A DNA stretch of 64,000 nt from Verrucomicrobiia bacterium. Lineage in GTDB: Bacteria; Verrucomicrobiota; Verrucomicrobiia; Limisphaerales; UBA1100. Made by a program: the position numbers and the translations under genes. Under the pieces are notes generated by a model that was not told where the DNA came from, ran no database searches, and worked only from the letters and a program-made list of their open reading frames with translations. The DNA is taken from assembly GCA_014239365.1 (NCBI GenBank), contig JAAZZB010000001.1, forward strand, positions 6,494-70,493. Direction: 5' to 3'. Each line of letters starts with the position of its first letter. The first letter of the stretch is position 1. Below are positions 18,701 to 26,567 of this stretch, one piece after another.

Positions 18701-21700
18701 AATTGATGATAATAACAGCACCGAGTTGGACGGGTATATGACCAACGTAAGTTTGCCCCGGCTAAGTACTGGCACGGGAACGCTTATAGGGACTTATGCC
18801 GATATGGTGCGCCTCAACAATGGCAGCGTCCCTGCGGTTACACTGGCCAATGAAGCCACGCGCGTTTACAACTATAGCCGCAACGACGTTCGCTTTGAGC
18901 AAACCAATATTTACTATACCATCGACCGGGTGGGTGCTTATATTTCTTCACTGGGATTTTCCAGCGGCAATACCCCGCCCAACGGCATTCGCGATGCCAA
19001 TGCCACACGAAGTTGCGCGCAATGGGATGGCAGTCAAAATGCCTTTTATTCCCCCGCAAATAATTCGTTACATTTCGGCACAGGCACCATCGACTCGGCG
19101 GAGGACTCCGATGTGGTGGCTCACGAATATGGCCACGCGATTACATTTGACCAAAATATCAACTGGGGCACGGGCGGAGAATTTGGCGCAATGGGCGAAG
19201 GCTTCGGCGATTATTTGGCCGTGACCACCTTCTTCGACGACGGGGATGCACTTTACCAGAAACATCATGCTGCCGTTGTTGGCGAATGGTTTGGGATGGG
19301 GTTTGACCCGATCTTTGATAATTCCCCTGATGTTTCAAAAGGAAAAATCAAGACCATCTTAGGTGGCGGCGCCATCGGCAATTTCATTGACGACAATTCC
19401 TCGGCGCGCTCAACCGATGTTGAAATACGAAGTGTGGCGGATTTCGTCATCGAACCCACCAACTGGCAAAAGCTCTATCTCACCGACAACAACGGCAGCC
19501 GGGTGCGGCGGATGGATTTTAATGCCACCTTCGGCACGACGGTTGATGTCAATTCCTCCTTCACCATACTAGCCGGCGGCGGGGTGCAGAATCCGGATGC
19601 CAATGCGTCCGCGGCCAATGTGGCTCTACAGCAAAGCCTTGGCACGCTGGGCGCGATCGATCTGAACTCCACTGAAGGCGTATTCTTCGTGGATAAAAAC
19701 GCAACCGGTTCCTGCCGTATTCGGCGCATCGACACCAACGGCTCACTCACCACTGTGGCCGGCGGCGGTGTAACGAGCCCCAATTTCATTGCTACTGAGC
19801 CCGGGGCGGCCTCGCCGATGGCCACTACATTGAATTTCACCAGCATTGAAGATATTGCGTTTGACGATCTAAATCGACTTTACCTGAGCAGCACCAATGC
19901 CCAAAGGGTTTGGCGAATGGAAACAAACGGCTCCATCATCCTGTTCGGCGGCGGCGGTGTTTCAGAATTGGATGGGCAACCCGCCACCAGCACGCGCTTA
20001 GGCGGCACCCACACATTGGCTACCGATTCGGAAACCGGCTTTTTCGGGACCACCCGCTTTGTTTATCTGGATGCCAACTCTACCACCAACAGCATGCGCC
20101 TTCGCCGAATTTTGGTGGATGACAATGCCACCCTGCGCACCATCAGCACCGTGGCCGGAGTGGTGGGGGGGATTAATCCCGATACCGCCACCACCCCCGT
20201 TAATGCCGCCAACGCATTACTCACCAACGTGGATGGCATCGTGTTCGACGCCTCAGGCCGATTGTATTTTGGCGATCGAGGGGCCCAACGCGTGCGGCGT
20301 ATCGATGCGACTGTGAATATGTTTGGTGTCAAAACCTACACCACCCTCAGCACCGTTTCCGGTGGCGGGGCAAACGATACCGGCGATGGCGCTGCCACCG
20401 CCGATGCGGTCATTGGCCCGGTGAAATCCATTGCCGTCGATGCCACGCGCCAGGTTTATTCGTTAGGCAGCACGCCGTTGGGCGGGCTGCGCATTCGCAA
20501 GTGCTTCGGCGGGCCACCGATTGATCCCCCAATGGTGCGGCGCATCGATGGCAATAAACTATATACCGATCTCGTAACCCCCGCCAACAGTCCCGCCAAC
20601 GTCCACGGCAATGGTGAGATTTGGAGCCGCGCCTTATGGGATATCCGCGCAGCCATTGTCACCTCGGACGGCAATGCCTCCATCGCCGATCGCATTATTT
20701 TGCAACACCATTTTGGGCTGCCCGCGGGGGCCACAATGCGCACCGCTGCGATGGCTATCAACAATGCCGACATCAGCCTTTATTCCGGTGCCCATACCAA
20801 TTCCATCCAAACCGCCTTCAACAATCGGGGCATCACTGTGCATGGCGACTACACTGGAGGCACAGGCGTGCGGCTTGCCTTGAACACAGATTATTATGTG
20901 GGTCGGGTGGATGCCACTAAGATCAACATTTACTCCAGTATGGGTGAGGCGGTGAAGGGCCTTAATAAAATTGATTTCAACGCAACCGGATTCAACGTTA
21001 TGATGGTGCGCGCTTCAGCGGGAGACATCACCTACGGTCAGGCATTTCGGCCACCGAACCCCGCTAATGTGATGCCCGTGGTGGGCACCAACGGTATGGA
21101 TGTGGGTGCCCTGCGAATGGACATCAGCGGGGGTGGAGGCCAGCGCTACCCAAACCTGCACGGAGCTTTTGGAGACTTTGGTATGGGCGTTGCAACAGCC
21201 CGAGCCGATCTCGTGTGTATCCTCACCGAAAACGTGGGCGGCGCCGCCGCCGGTTTAGCCCAGAAACTCACCATGCGCGGCCCGAACCCGCCGCAAGATT
21301 TGATGTCCGGCACCACTCGACCCGATGACGTGGACTTCAACTCCTCACAAGTACTCAGCAACCGCGACAGCATTCGCAATCTTTCATTGCAGGGGCAATA
21401 CCTCACCGGCGGCTACACCTTCCAACACGAGCTGGGCCACGTACTCGGCTGCGCCCACGGCCTCGGCGATGTGGGTGCCGGCTCGCCACCGGGCACACCC
21501 GGCCTGCACCCACACGACGGTGGCATCACGTTCAGCCCCTACGCCTACACGAATTCCAATGGCGTGGCCGATGAGTTTCTTGCCGTGGGCAATCATTTCA
21601 CCACCTGGGGAAGCGATGGCTTTGGCACAAAATACTGTACCATCATGGCCTACACCAATACGCGAGGCAGCACACGCGTTCCGCTTTTCAGTAGCCCGGT

Positions 21701-22709
21701 CGCATTTTGGAAAGGCGAGCCCACCGGTTTATTACGCGGGATGTACCTGCCGCCGCCCTTGTCTTCCTACGACAAGCCCTTGTATTTGGATCACGCGCGC
21801 ACCATTTCGGCCGTGGGCCATCACGCCGCGTTTTTCCGCGATTCCAACGGCTCCGGCCGCGCCTCCTCACGTACCTCCACCCGGCCCTCCCCGCCCAAAG
21901 GATTGCCCGGCGAACGGCCCAATACCTACGCCCGTGGCGGCGCTCAAGCCGGCGGAAACACTCAAGCCGGCGGCACCCAATTTGCAGCCAATCCTAATAA
22001 CCCGAACCAAATAAATATTGGCACCGCCCAGAAACCAGGCAAAGGCCTCGGCGGTGGCAGTAGCGGCGGAGGCACCACCGGCGGAGGTGGCACCACCAAC
22101 ACCAATCAAAACAACGGCGGCAACCCCGGCTTCCCCACGGGCGGCGGCGGCCCGGGCTTGGGCACCGGCGGCGGTGGGGGAGGTCTCCCCCCCGGCGGCA
22201 CCAACACCGTGCCCAATCTACCCATCAATCCGGCCGTGCCTAATGACCATCGATATTCGGCAATGAAATGGGGCGGGCGTTGGGCTAATAACACCTTTGC
22301 CACCGTCATCAACGGCCACAACAACGGCGCCACCCACGAAAACGCCGAACGCGGGCACCCCGCCTTCCACGGCAAATCCGTGTGGTGGTACATTGAATGG
22401 CCCGGCCCGGCTCCCCTCAAACTAAAAAAACTGGTGGCCACCACCAAAGGCAGCACCTTTGACACCACCCTCGGCGTCCTCTACGTGCCCAAGGGCCAGC
22501 CCGCAGCTCAGGTGCCGCTCAACAATCAGTACTTCAGTTGGAACAACAACGCCCCCGGCGGCGGTGGCCCCTTTAGCACCGTGGTGTTGGCCCCCAATCA
22601 GGCAGGAGTTGCACTGACGCTCAACCCCGGCGATCGCGTCTACTTTATGGTCGACGGCATAGGCGGCACCACCGGCAAAATCCGCCTCGACGTGAAGCTT
22701 AAAAAATAG
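15777..22709 (+). CDS. Giant secreted/membrane-anchored multi-domain zinc metalloprotease (2310 codons)
   Basis: - TM/anchor ALVAGLVSMVIVILGLVGYW at aa 68-87.
- FTP-like propeptide FLGAMAQQLQMK..HARFQQVLHGIPIYGGFVSVH at about aa 795.
- PepSY-like segment (..KLAWEVTI..VVDAQSGRVLLQEN).
- Gluzincin site VVAHEYGHAI (nt 19122-19136) plus MGEGFGDY (Glu at nt 19197).
- Six NHL-like blades with the pattern ..LY..D....RVRRID...G.
- HGNGEIWSRALWDI at nt 20604.
- Metzincin motif HELGHVLGCAH (nt 21426-21458) and Met-turn CTIMAY (nt 21636-21653).
- G/P/T/N-rich linker, then a roughly 155-aa C-terminal domain.
- The real start may be ATG at 15957 (MAVSNKR..). Confidence 0.85.
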   Translation: MASLRKRLKSDNWVCCYATADGRRTQRSTGTTDKDEAMAICRRWENDEYALRESEEPVEGMAVSNKRALVAGLVSMVIVILGLVGYWQYDLWKNGPELFVDVPESERPETFFESSFAKRHRWVKLSPDALERLNTLGGKIRLNLFDDLQLSTEVVVRRYINGGKETSVGLLDNDPDTLMMMCHKTTQPGKLMGVLVDTLGTQYLISHEIDGKHVIVEVDQSKIPGCGGVIELEPAKTAAAKPASRVAPEAMAMERILRGTEEARARIGTGDHSHQTGATCKDCRSFASLKEKFNQVKVRINPPKSDTPTGPSAFSGQDEPVNTASHNLLNSVNFSRPIFAAIDNTRSFGLWGRGGSAIQTTGPASPGVLEHLRGGDVEIIDILFVYTDDLRAAQTGANPAEQLENLKLSITRTVELTNTIFSKCHIPLEVRTADVTLARWRAMSGGDATLAAAGGPAGAAWEEVQAPVRPVFDSAATPPAFTKDWTNGAKVGVYRPKYEMYNPSKLTPAGELGDALSWIGQNSNSLLYGDQYWGQGTFQAAGGAEQWPHNNLPNNIAWVLVPILDDSGNAGDNAASFTYSNTNTPELNTGPVEHAESSHGLTDPGGAPGNPATTLPTGVPAMSHIPVQQYHDLTGPTKGPVMVDIGADTIEWLGGADHGLATGSVVYFESWGTAPDTNASAIPIWNVYQQPAKLAVVQVQADGGGAAGGRPQPESQPGGGGSKSAPKPGGAGVPKAAGPVAARNRGRITSAQHYPGLSVGERTVHPILEGGRASYWYLDYSGDVADPEKSARAFLGAMAQQLQMKADTSDLQLLEVKHGLGTGHARFQQVLHGIPIYGGFVSVHQRPSGAIHALHTKYHHSLSVDAQASPAISMTSAKAAAYRKGGVTRPRMPGSGKLVWWPDDRGGAKLAWEVTICALKPLGDFHTVVDAQSGRVLLQENRICFATGAGNVFIPNPYQRKGGNADASLRDNPAGIDDNNSTELDGYMTNVSLPRLSTGTGTLIGTYADMVRLNNGSVPAVTLANEATRVYNYSRNDVRFEQTNIYYTIDRVGAYISSLGFSSGNTPPNGIRDANATRSCAQWDGSQNAFYSPANNSLHFGTGTIDSAEDSDVVAHEYGHAITFDQNINWGTGGEFGAMGEGFGDYLAVTTFFDDGDALYQKHHAAVVGEWFGMGFDPIFDNSPDVSKGKIKTILGGGAIGNFIDDNSSARSTDVEIRSVADFVIEPTNWQKLYLTDNNGSRVRRMDFNATFGTTVDVNSSFTILAGGGVQNPDANASAANVALQQSLGTLGAIDLNSTEGVFFVDKNATGSCRIRRIDTNGSLTTVAGGGVTSPNFIATEPGAASPMATTLNFTSIEDIAFDDLNRLYLSSTNAQRVWRMETNGSIILFGGGGVSELDGQPATSTRLGGTHTLATDSETGFFGTTRFVYLDANSTTNSMRLRRILVDDNATLRTISTVAGVVGGINPDTATTPVNAANALLTNVDGIVFDASGRLYFGDRGAQRVRRIDATVNMFGVKTYTTLSTVSGGGANDTGDGAATADAVIGPVKSIAVDATRQVYSLGSTPLGGLRIRKCFGGPPIDPPMVRRIDGNKLYTDLVTPANSPANVHGNGEIWSRALWDIRAAIVTSDGNASIADRIILQHHFGLPAGATMRTAAMAINNADISLYSGAHTNSIQTAFNNRGITVHGDYTGGTGVRLALNTDYYVGRVDATKINIYSSMGEAVKGLNKIDFNATGFNVMMVRASAGDITYGQAFRPPNPANVMPVVGTNGMDVGALRMDISGGGGQRYPNLHGAFGDFGMGVATARADLVCILTENVGGAAAGLAQKLTMRGPNPPQDLMSGTTRPDDVDFNSSQVLSNRDSIRNLSLQGQYLTGGYTFQHELGHVLGCAHGLGDVGAGSPPGTPGLHPHDGGITFSPYAYTNSNGVADEFLAVGNHFTTWGSDGFGTKYCTIMAYTNTRGSTRVPLFSSPVAFWKGEPTGLLRGMYLPPPLSSYDKPLYLDHARTISAVGHHAAFFRDSNGSGRASSRTSTRPSPPKGLPGERPNTYARGGAQAGGNTQAGGTQFAANPNNPNQINIGTAQKPGKGLGGGSSGGGTTGGGGTTNTNQNNGGNPGFPTGGGGPGLGTGGGGGGLPPGGTNTVPNLPINPAVPNDHRYSAMKWGGRWANNTFATVINGHNNGATHENAERGHPAFHGKSVWWYIEWPGPAPLKLKKLVATTKGSTFDTTLGVLYVPKGQPAAQVPLNNQYFSWNNNAPGGGGPFSTVVLAPNQAGVALTLNPGDRVYFMVDGIGGTTGKIRLDVKLKK

Positions 22710-22712
22710 CAT

Positions 22713-22820
22713 CCGCCTTCGGCGCTTAACCGGTCGTTTGCGGGTCGCTTGCACTGGACTCTGCGCCTGTTGTAGCCCGGGCCGTTGGCCCGGGCCCCGG
22801 CTCACCGAGCCGGGCTACAA
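22713..22820 (+). repeat. GC-rich structured repeat, copy 1
   Basis: ..ttgcactggactctgcgcctgttgtagcccgggccgttggcccgggccccggctcaccgagccgggctacaa. The outer stem is ttgtagcccgg/ccgggctacaa. A near-identical copy lies at 22932-23026. Confidence 0.8.
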
Positions 22821-22893
22821 AACCAATCCGGCTAGCCAATATCTTTCAGGCCAGCCCACACCTCGCTCACCCAAAGCGCTGAAAGCGCGAAAC

Positions 22894-22931
22894 AATTGCC
22901 CGCCAATCATTTAATTGCCCGCCAATCATTT
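22894..22931 (+). repeat. 2 x 19-nt tandem repeat (aattgcccgccaatcattt)
   Basis: Two exact adjacent copies, read directly from the sequence. Confidence 0.85.
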
Positions 22932-23026
22932 CGCACCTTCGGTGCCTTACGGGTAGTTTGCACTGGGCTCTGCGCCTGTAGCCCGGGCCGGTGGCCCGGG
23001 TTCCGGCTCACCGAGCCGGGCTACAA
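22932..23026 (+). repeat. GC-rich structured repeat, copy 2
   Basis: cgcaccttcggtgccttacgggtagtttgcactgggctctgcgcctgtagcccgggccggtggcccgggttccggctcaccgagccgggctacaa. It abuts the stop of the PQQ-propeller gene. Confidence 0.8.
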
Positions 23027-24346
23027 TTAGTTCCCCACGCAATAGAGGTGCGAATCGGAGCGCAGATAAAGGCGGCCTTTGCTGATGGCGGGGCTGGCGT
23101 TGAAGACGGTGCGGTCGCTGGTGAAATTGTTTTGGGCGAGTTGTTTGAATTTGGGTTTGGCTTCCACCACAAACGCACCGGCGTTGCGGCTGACGGAAAT
23201 GAGTTTGCCGTTCACCACGATTGATGAAGCATAAAATTTTGGGACACCCCGCGTGCTTTGCAGCCGCTCGCGGTAAACTGCTTTGCCGGTCTTGGCGCTA
23301 AGGCACACGGCGTAGCCGCTGCGGTCCATCCAGTAAATATGGCCGGCGTGATGGACGGGCGAGGCGACGTAGGGCGAGCGGGTGGAGGTCCAAAGTTTTT
23401 TGGAATTGCTGACGTCATCCTTGCCGCCGAGCTGGAGGGCGATGCCGCTTTGGCGCGGGTAACCGCCGAAGGCAAAGATGGTGCCGCCCGCAGCAATCAC
23501 GCTGGGGGAAACATTGCTGCCGCCCACGCCGGTGAAGGCGTACCAGTTGAAGGTGCCTTTGGCGGGGTTGAGCGACCACACTTCGCTGTCCACCGCGAGG
23601 ATCATTTCGGTGCCGGCTTTTGTTTTAATGAGCGCGGGTGTGCCGTAGGAATCCTGATAACCGGCGATGATTTTTGGGCCCCATCGCCACGCTTGTTTGC
23701 CGGTGGCGGTGTGCAGCGCGACGAGGGCGCTGCCTTCCTGCAGGGTGTTGAGCAAAAGTAAATCGCCGTGCAACACCGGGCTGGTGGCCGAGCCCCAGCG
23801 TTTGCGGCTGGATTGCGTGCCGGTTTTGGCGCGCCATAATTCTTTGCCTTTGAAATCAAACGCGAGCACGCCGGTTTTGCCGAGGAACACAAAAACGGAT
23901 TTGCCGTCGGTGGCTGGCGTGCTGGTGGCGTAGCCGTGCTCGGGCACGCCCATTCCGCCATAGCGATCTTCCTCGGCGGTGGGTTTGATTTTGTTGTGCC
24001 ACAAAATGTCGCCGGTCTTGGCGCTGATGCAAAGGACGTGGCGCAGAAGTTTGCGCGGGTCGCCTGCGCCACCACCCACGCCGTAGCCGGAATAGCAGGT
24101 GAGAAAAAGATGGTCCCCCCAAACCACCGGGCTGGATGCGCCAGCGCCGGGGAGTGGGGTTTTCCACTTGAGGTTGTTGGTGTCGCTCCAAGTGAGCGGC
24201 GCAGTCTCGCCGGGAGCCGTGCCATCGCCATTGGGCCCGCGCCATTGCGGCCAGTTTTTATCAACTGCCGGAGCCGCCAAAGCCGCCAAAGCGGTTGAGG
24301 CCAAGGCAATGCCGAGGCCGAACAGAGCAGGGCGCAGCGATTTCAT
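23027..24346 (-). CDS. PQQ-like (BamB-type) beta-propeller repeat protein, secreted
   Basis: ATG at 24346 gives a signal peptide MKSLRPALFGLGIALASTALAALAAPA, then NWPQWRGPNGDGT.. and repeated ..G.l.a.d..tGk..W propeller blades. The ORF-track extension to 24556 overlaps the EF-hand gene and was rejected. Confidence 0.8.
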   Translation of the reverse strand: MKSLRPALFGLGIALASTALAALAAPAVDKNWPQWRGPNGDGTAPGETAPLTWSDTNNLKWKTPLPGAGASSPVVWGDHLFLTCYSGYGVGGGAGDPRKLLRHVLCISAKTGDILWHNKIKPTAEEDRYGGMGVPEHGYATSTPATDGKSVFVFLGKTGVLAFDFKGKELWRAKTGTQSSRKRWGSATSPVLHGDLLLLNTLQEGSALVALHTATGKQAWRWGPKIIAGYQDSYGTPALIKTKAGTEMILAVDSEVWSLNPAKGTFNWYAFTGVGGSNVSPSVIAAGGTIFAFGGYPRQSGIALQLGGKDDVSNSKKLWTSTRSPYVASPVHHAGHIYWMDRSGYAVCLSAKTGKAVYRERLQSTRGVPKFYASSIVVNGKLISVSRNAGAFVVEAKPKFKQLAQNNFTSDRTVFNASPAISKGRLYLRSDSHLYCVGN

Positions 24347-24365
24347 TTGTGGAGCGAGCGAAAGG

Positions 24366-25331
24366 TTAAGCGTCCGAGCGCCGATCCGTGGGGCGTTCTG
24401 GCCGTGTGGGCCGGTCGCCGCCGGGGCGTTGGTCTGGGCGGCTGGGGCGGTCGGGCCGATTGAATCCACCACCGGGCCGATCACCACCGGGGCGTTGGCC
24501 GGGATTGAATCCGCCTTCACGTCCGCCGGGGCGTCCGCCTTGGCCGCCGCGCTCAAATGACGGGCGCATTTCTTCGCGGGTGAGTTTGCCGTCTTTATTT
24601 TTGTCCAGCTTGGACAATGCGACGGTGGCGTTCTTGAGTTCCGCAGCGGAAATCTCGCCGTCTTTATTAGCGTCCAACGCGATCATCACGGGATTCATCG
24701 GGCGTCCGCCACCGAAGTTGGGCCGATCACCGCCTTGACCGGGGCGTCCACCTTCGCCGGGACGTCCTCCCTGTCCGGGCCGACCGCCTTGGCCACCGGC
24801 ACCGGGTCGTTCACCTTGGCCGGGGCGACCGCCGCCACCTTGGCTGCGGAAAAACTCCATGGCTTGTTCGCGCGTTGGGCGCTCATTTTCATCGAGTTTG
24901 CCATCGCCGTTTTTGTCGAATTTCTTCACTAACAATTCGCGCATATTTCCCCGAGCATCGCCACCGCGCCCGCCTTGGCCACCTTGGCCGGGACGTCCGC
25001 CACCGAACCCACCGCGTCCGCCTTCACCGGGGCGTCCGCCCGCGCCGGGCCTTCCGCCGCCGGGGGCACGGTCTCCGCCGCCCGCGCCGCCTAATTGGGC
25101 ACGGAAAAATTCCTGCATTTGTTCGCGAGACGGGCGCTCTTTTTCGTCGAGTTTGCCGTCGCCGTTTTTGTCAAAATGTTTGAGCATTTGTTCGCGAATG
25201 GAGCCACGGTCGCCGCCGCTGGGACGTCGATCGCCTCCTTCGCCGGGGCCGCGTTGTTGTGCCTGTGCGGCGGTGGGAATGAGGATGAGGCCGCCAAGGA
25301 TGGCGGGAATCAGGGTTTTTGTTTTCATCAT
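24366..25331 (-). CDS. Secreted EF-hand calcium-binding repeat protein
   Basis: Signal peptide [24 protein letters not shown]. Four canonical EF loops: [36 protein letters not shown] and [12 protein letters not shown]. They are separated by G/R/P-rich spacers. Confidence 0.85.
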   Translation of the reverse strand: MMKTKTLIPAILGGLILIPTAAQAQQRGPGEGGDRRPSGGDRGSIREQMLKHFDKNGDGKLDEKERPSREQMQEFFRAQLGGAGGGDRAPGGGRPGAGGRPGEGGRGGFGGGRPGQGGQGGRGGDARGNMRELLVKKFDKNGDGKLDENERPTREQAMEFFRSQGGGGRPGQGERPGAGGQGGRPGQGGRPGEGGRPGQGGDRPNFGGGRPMNPVMIALDANKDGEISAAELKNATVALSKLDKNKDGKLTREEMRPSFERGGQGGRPGGREGGFNPGQRPGGDRPGGGFNRPDRPSRPDQRPGGDRPTRPERPTDRRSDA

Positions 25332-25475
25332 GATTATGGTTTTGTGAATGGTTTTGGGAGTCTTTGGACTTTTCCGGATTAGTTCGACTAACAAGACGTC
25401 CGGCGACCCTTGTATCGTTACAAAAAATGTAACTTGGCGTGCACGAAAATCGTCCGGATAACAGGAAGTATCAAA

Positions 25476-26483
25476 ATGAAACTCATCCCCTTCTTTTTCA
25501 CCGGCTTGTTTGCGGTAAATCTCTGCGCCATTCCGATTGCCTCAGCCGCTGCTGAGGGCAAGATCGCTTGGTTTGGCACGTGGCAGGGCGGCTTGGCCGA
25601 GGCGCAGCGCACGGGCAAACCCATCCTGCTCACCTCCGGCGCGCCCCAATGCCACAACGTGCCGGGCGTTTGGTGACCGGGCAAAACGAGCATGGACAGG
25701 AGTTTCCTGTCTCACAAATCGGTGGTCGCCGCGTCGCGCAAGTTTGTGTGCATCCGCCTCGCCACGTATGAAGACGCCGCTGAGAACGCGGTGCTCAAGC
25801 GCATCTTCGCGCCGGGCGGCACATTGCAAAACACGGTGTTCGGCATTCTCACGCCCGATGGAAAAACGTCCATCGTGCGCGCCGGGCGCAGTCCCGCGTG
25901 GGCCTTCGGTGGCGCGGCGGGCAAAGGGATCCATCAACAAACCGAAGCCGTGATGGCCAAGATGGGCGACACGATGGAGGCCATCGCGCTGGCATATCCG
26001 GGCAATGGCACGGAAAGTAAAGGGCCGCTGCCATTGCCGTACCTCGCAGATTTGCGCGTGGCGCTGAATGTGACCGCGTGTGATCGCCAACCGCTCGTGG
26101 CTGTTTATGGCAACGCCGCCCAACGCAAAGCGATGGAGGCGGAGTTGACGAAGCTCGCATGGAGCGATCAGTTTATGGGCCAAGTGCAATACGTCGCCGC
26201 GAGCAAGGCGGCGGATTTTACATCGGTGAAAGGATTGAAAGCCAAGTCCGGCATCATTGTGATTCAGCCGGAGCCATTCGGTTTGAGCGGCAATGTCATT
26301 CGCGAAATCGCTGCGGGCACAAAAGCCGGTGAATTAAAAAATCAACTCGCCCAAGCGCTCGGCAAACACAAGCCCAGCGAATTGACCTACGACCAACACC
26401 GCCGCGCCGGCGCCCAAGCCGGCAAGCGTTGGGAAAGCAAAACGCCCAACACCGACGGCGCGGGCCGCCGCCGGCAGCGTTGA
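25476..26483 (+). CDS. Secreted thioredoxin-fold (Thioredoxin_7/DUF255-like) protein with in-frame TGA at 25674-25676; candidate selenoprotein, alternatively a pseudogene
   Basis: AGGAAG lies 8 nt before the ATG at 25476, followed by a signal peptide. The fold motif reads KPILLTSGAPQCHNVPGVW-TGA-PGKTSMDRSF..KFVCIRL. The two track ORFs (25410-25676 and 25692-26483) are in the same frame. A hairpin lies at 25694-25712, downstream of the TGA. Confidence 0.55.
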
Positions 26484-26490
26484 TTTTTTT

Positions 26491-26553
26491 AACCGCAGAT
26501 TGCACAGATTTTTTTGGGTTTTTAATCTGCGAAACTCTGCGTAATCTGTGGTT
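26491..26553 (+). repeat. Imperfect inverted repeat after the thioredoxin-fold gene (possible terminator)
   Basis: aaccgcagattgcacagatt..aatctgcgaaactctgcgtaatctgtggtt. The outer arms aaccgcagatt/aatctgtggtt pair with one G-U. Confidence 0.5.
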
Positions 26554-26567
26554 AATAATTGGTTTCA

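Noticed and set aside
25674-25676. Genome-wide reassignment of TGA as a sense codon
   Set aside because: Many well-supported genes in the window terminate at TGA with coupled downstream starts. Examples are DUF4160 at 2147-2149, DUF58 at 7535-7537, MoxR at 12813-12815, PilMN at 38764-38766 and M20 at 48392-48394. Any read-through at 25674 must therefore be site-specific.
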